From NCBI GenBank assembly GCA_951406725.2, contig OX597819.1, positions 12,090,001 to 12,154,000 on the forward strand: 64,000 bases of DNA, written 5' to 3'. This document shows, piece by piece, positions 61,575 to 64,000 of the stretch (position 1 is the first letter of the stretch; the number at the start of each line of letters is the position of its first letter). This stretch comes from Octopus vulgaris. Taxonomy: Eukaryota. The position numbers and the translations under genes were made by a program. The notes under the pieces are model-generated. The model made no database searches. It was not told the DNA's origin and saw only the letters and a list, made by a program, of their open reading frames with translations.

Positions 61575-62578
61575 ATTTTCCGAAAGTCCTATGCCCACCC
61601 CCCTAGGATCAACAGCGCGCATTTTTTTTCTTTTTTTCATATTCGTTTTCTATATACTTGTTAACACCCAGCTGGCTGGTTTGTTATTTTTTCTGTTCCC
61701 GGGTGAAATCTTTATATTTGTTTTAATTCAACGAAAGAAAATTTCCAATGATTCCCCTCGCCACCTCCTTTTTCCGAACAAAAATAAGGGATCTGCAGCA
61801 TATTCAAGGTACTTGATTCTACGCCAAAAAAAACCGATTTTTGTTCTTAGTGAAAATCGGGCGGGTGTTACTCATTGTTAATGCATTTTTCCAGGAGAGC
61901 TGCGATTCTGCATTAGTCTGGATTTAAGGGCACCGACTTTAAAATCTAACCAGTTTACTTCGCCTGCCATATCTCCTGGGACGATACACAAAGTACGAAT
62001 CAAAAACTGGAATCGATTTCTCTTTCCTGCTGCAATCAGATAAACGAATGGGCAAACGAGCGTTCACGACCCGGTTACTTCTTTCCACATTCTCCGGATA
62101 TAGGGAAGTCTCTAACATTTACCAGCAAATATGAATCTGGACACAGAACCATCACACCTATCCACGACAGCCAAGTGTTTAACCCTTTCATTACCGTATT
62201 TATTTTGAGATGCTCTGTGTTTCTTTCAATTATTTTAAATATAACAAAGAATTTAGTAAAATATCTTAGTTATCATTAAGCTAGTGTTAGGAACATAAAT
62301 TGTGACTGAGGTTTGGTGGAAGATTTTAATTCAGAACTTTTGAAAACAAGGCATTTGTACTACAGAGCCAGAGGCGGTTTCGGCCGGAGGCGACATTACA
62401 CAAACATGAATAACAGTAATTTACAGAGGAGAGGTTAGTTAATAGCGTTGACCCTTAATTAACGGAAAGCCTTTTGGCTAAATTACGGTATGAGTACCAT
62501 AGTTTAAGATCGCCGGCCTTTTATATCGATACAGGATACAACACAAATATGTATGTTAAACACATACAAACAATAGCT

Positions 62579-63771
62579 GGTAATCTTTCAGTATCTGGTG
62601 ATAGAAGAAGTAAATGGAAATTGAAGGGAAAACAAATAAGTCAACTTACTGTTAAACAACGTAGACATAGCAAAAAGTGAACAAAAGTATTTTTCTTTGG
62701 TACTGAATTCCTCCACATAAATTTTTGGATTTAAGGGCACCGACTTTAAAATCTAACCAGTTTACTTCGCCTGTCATATCTCCTGGGACGATACACAAAG
62801 TACGAATTTGTGTAAATACTAATTCTAGTTTATTGGCCACAAGGGCTAACAAAAATCAAAGAAACATGCAAGGACAAATACAGGACGATATAAAGGTCCG
62901 TGTAAACATTGAAAATAACAACGAATATATATATAACAAGTAAAACTCCCAATAGGGGAAGGCGCTTCGAAAAGGTTACTCGTGGATAAATATGAAACGA
63001 ATAAATTGTCTGAAGTTCCAAATTGACGTTGTAATTTTGTTTTTACCCGCATCCAAATATTCTCCACATTTTGCGCGTGGACGTCCTTATTCGTCTACAA
63101 ACCCGTGGGCACGTTTACAAAGTCAGAAAACAGCACAGCTCCCATGACTTCAGGAAGCATTTTTTCACGCTGAGAGTTGCTGAAGCATGGAACAAACTGT
63201 CGGCATCAGTTGTTAGTTGTCGGAGCACTGCATCCTTCAAAACTTCCATGCTTTCTGAGATTCGCCAACACTACACCTGATTTTCTCCCCTCCTTACACA
63301 CACAAGCATGTATCTGACTCATACAATGTTCGCTTTCCAGACATTTTTACATTACTGCATGTACTTTATATGCACTTTCTGACAAGTTGTGGTGCATCTG
63401 AGCACTGTATACAATAATTTCAATATTATTATTATTATTTTAAACTCCTCTCGATGCACAATCATTTCGTGAGAGCACATACCGTCATTTAAGCATCCAA
63501 TATTGATGTAGGATCGCCGGCCATCACTCGCAATGTGACTCTCCCTGGAAGAATAGAGCAAGTCTGTACAATACGATCAGGCACTTCAACTAGGAAGCAT
63601 TTTTTGGAAATCCTTTCAATGCCACCGAAAACCCAACGGCCAGCTAGCGGTTGCCCATTACTATCAACTCCGACAATTTTGGAGAATGATTTCGGTGGAA
63701 GAACGAGAACTTAATTATCTCCCGTTTAATTTGTATTTACTTCTTTCATCACCAGATACTGAAAGCTTGCC
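62579..63771. mobile_element. Old TIR DNA transposon in the ZNF-F intron
   Basis: ctttcagtatctggtgat / atcaccagatactgaaag TIRs; degenerate 8-bp TSD caatagct / caatggat, with the paralogous empty site caatagat at 40389. Confidence 0.65.
63085..63440 (+). mobile_element. CR1-clade LINE 3' end
   Basis: TRGH..K...RKHFFTLRVAEAWNKL...SFK motif and (ATT)n tail. Confidence 0.8.
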
Positions 63772-63797
63772 CAATGGATAATTAAACGTTATCTTAC

Positions 63798-63950
63798 CTT
63801 AACACATTTCTTCTCCTGAATAACTACCCATTCTTAGTATCAATCACAAACATCAACTGCTAAATAATTCTAACGCCGTCCACGAGGAATCGGTAAAAGC
63901 ATGGCCAGAGACTAAGATGGCGGTGTTATATATGAAATCAAGTCACGTGG
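63798..63950 (-). promoter_or_regulatory. Promoter and leader exon upstream of ZNF-F (and possibly ZNF-E)
   Basis: GTCACGTGG 63942-63950, AAGATGGCGG 63914-63923, donor at 63797. Confidence 0.7.
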
Positions 63951-64000
63951 TCTACAGGCTAAGTTTTCTTTCGTTCTTCATTCGACAGAAAGTTTCGCCT

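Noticed and set aside
61919-62807. About 82-bp direct repeat (61919-62000 and 62726-62807)
   Set aside because: Most simply two fragments of the same DNA transposon family; no LTR hallmarks or internal coding sequence.

Overview
AT-rich, intron- and repeat-rich animal genomic DNA. A coleoid cephalopod, probably Octopus, is inferred from the tandem C2H2 zinc-finger cluster and the SINE/RTE content. Bases 1-11.1 kb hold the last eight coding exons of POLDIP2 (PDIP38) on +. From 15 to 64 kb lies a cluster of six long single-coding-exon C2H2 zinc-finger ORFs with no effector domain, plus one 3-finger remnant. Most appear to be fed by a short non-coding leader exon with a conserved E-box + YY1-type promoter. 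They are embedded in tRNA-derived SINEs, RTE/CR1/R4-like LINE fragments, Penelope-like fragments with hammerhead motifs, non-autonomous Helitrons and hAT/MULE/piggyBac-type MITEs. Most notable: (1) a SINE copy at 51.3-51.7 kb with a dense strand-specific A-to-G cluster of ADAR-like context, possibly a hyper-edited RNA fixed in the genome; (2) two zinc-finger exons apparently served by one leader exon; (3) finger-level mosaicism and a shared ancestral nonsense codon among paralogs; (4) a Penelope hammerhead whose predicted cleavage site coincides with the end of an inverted terminal copy. All calls were made by eye; no database searches were run.
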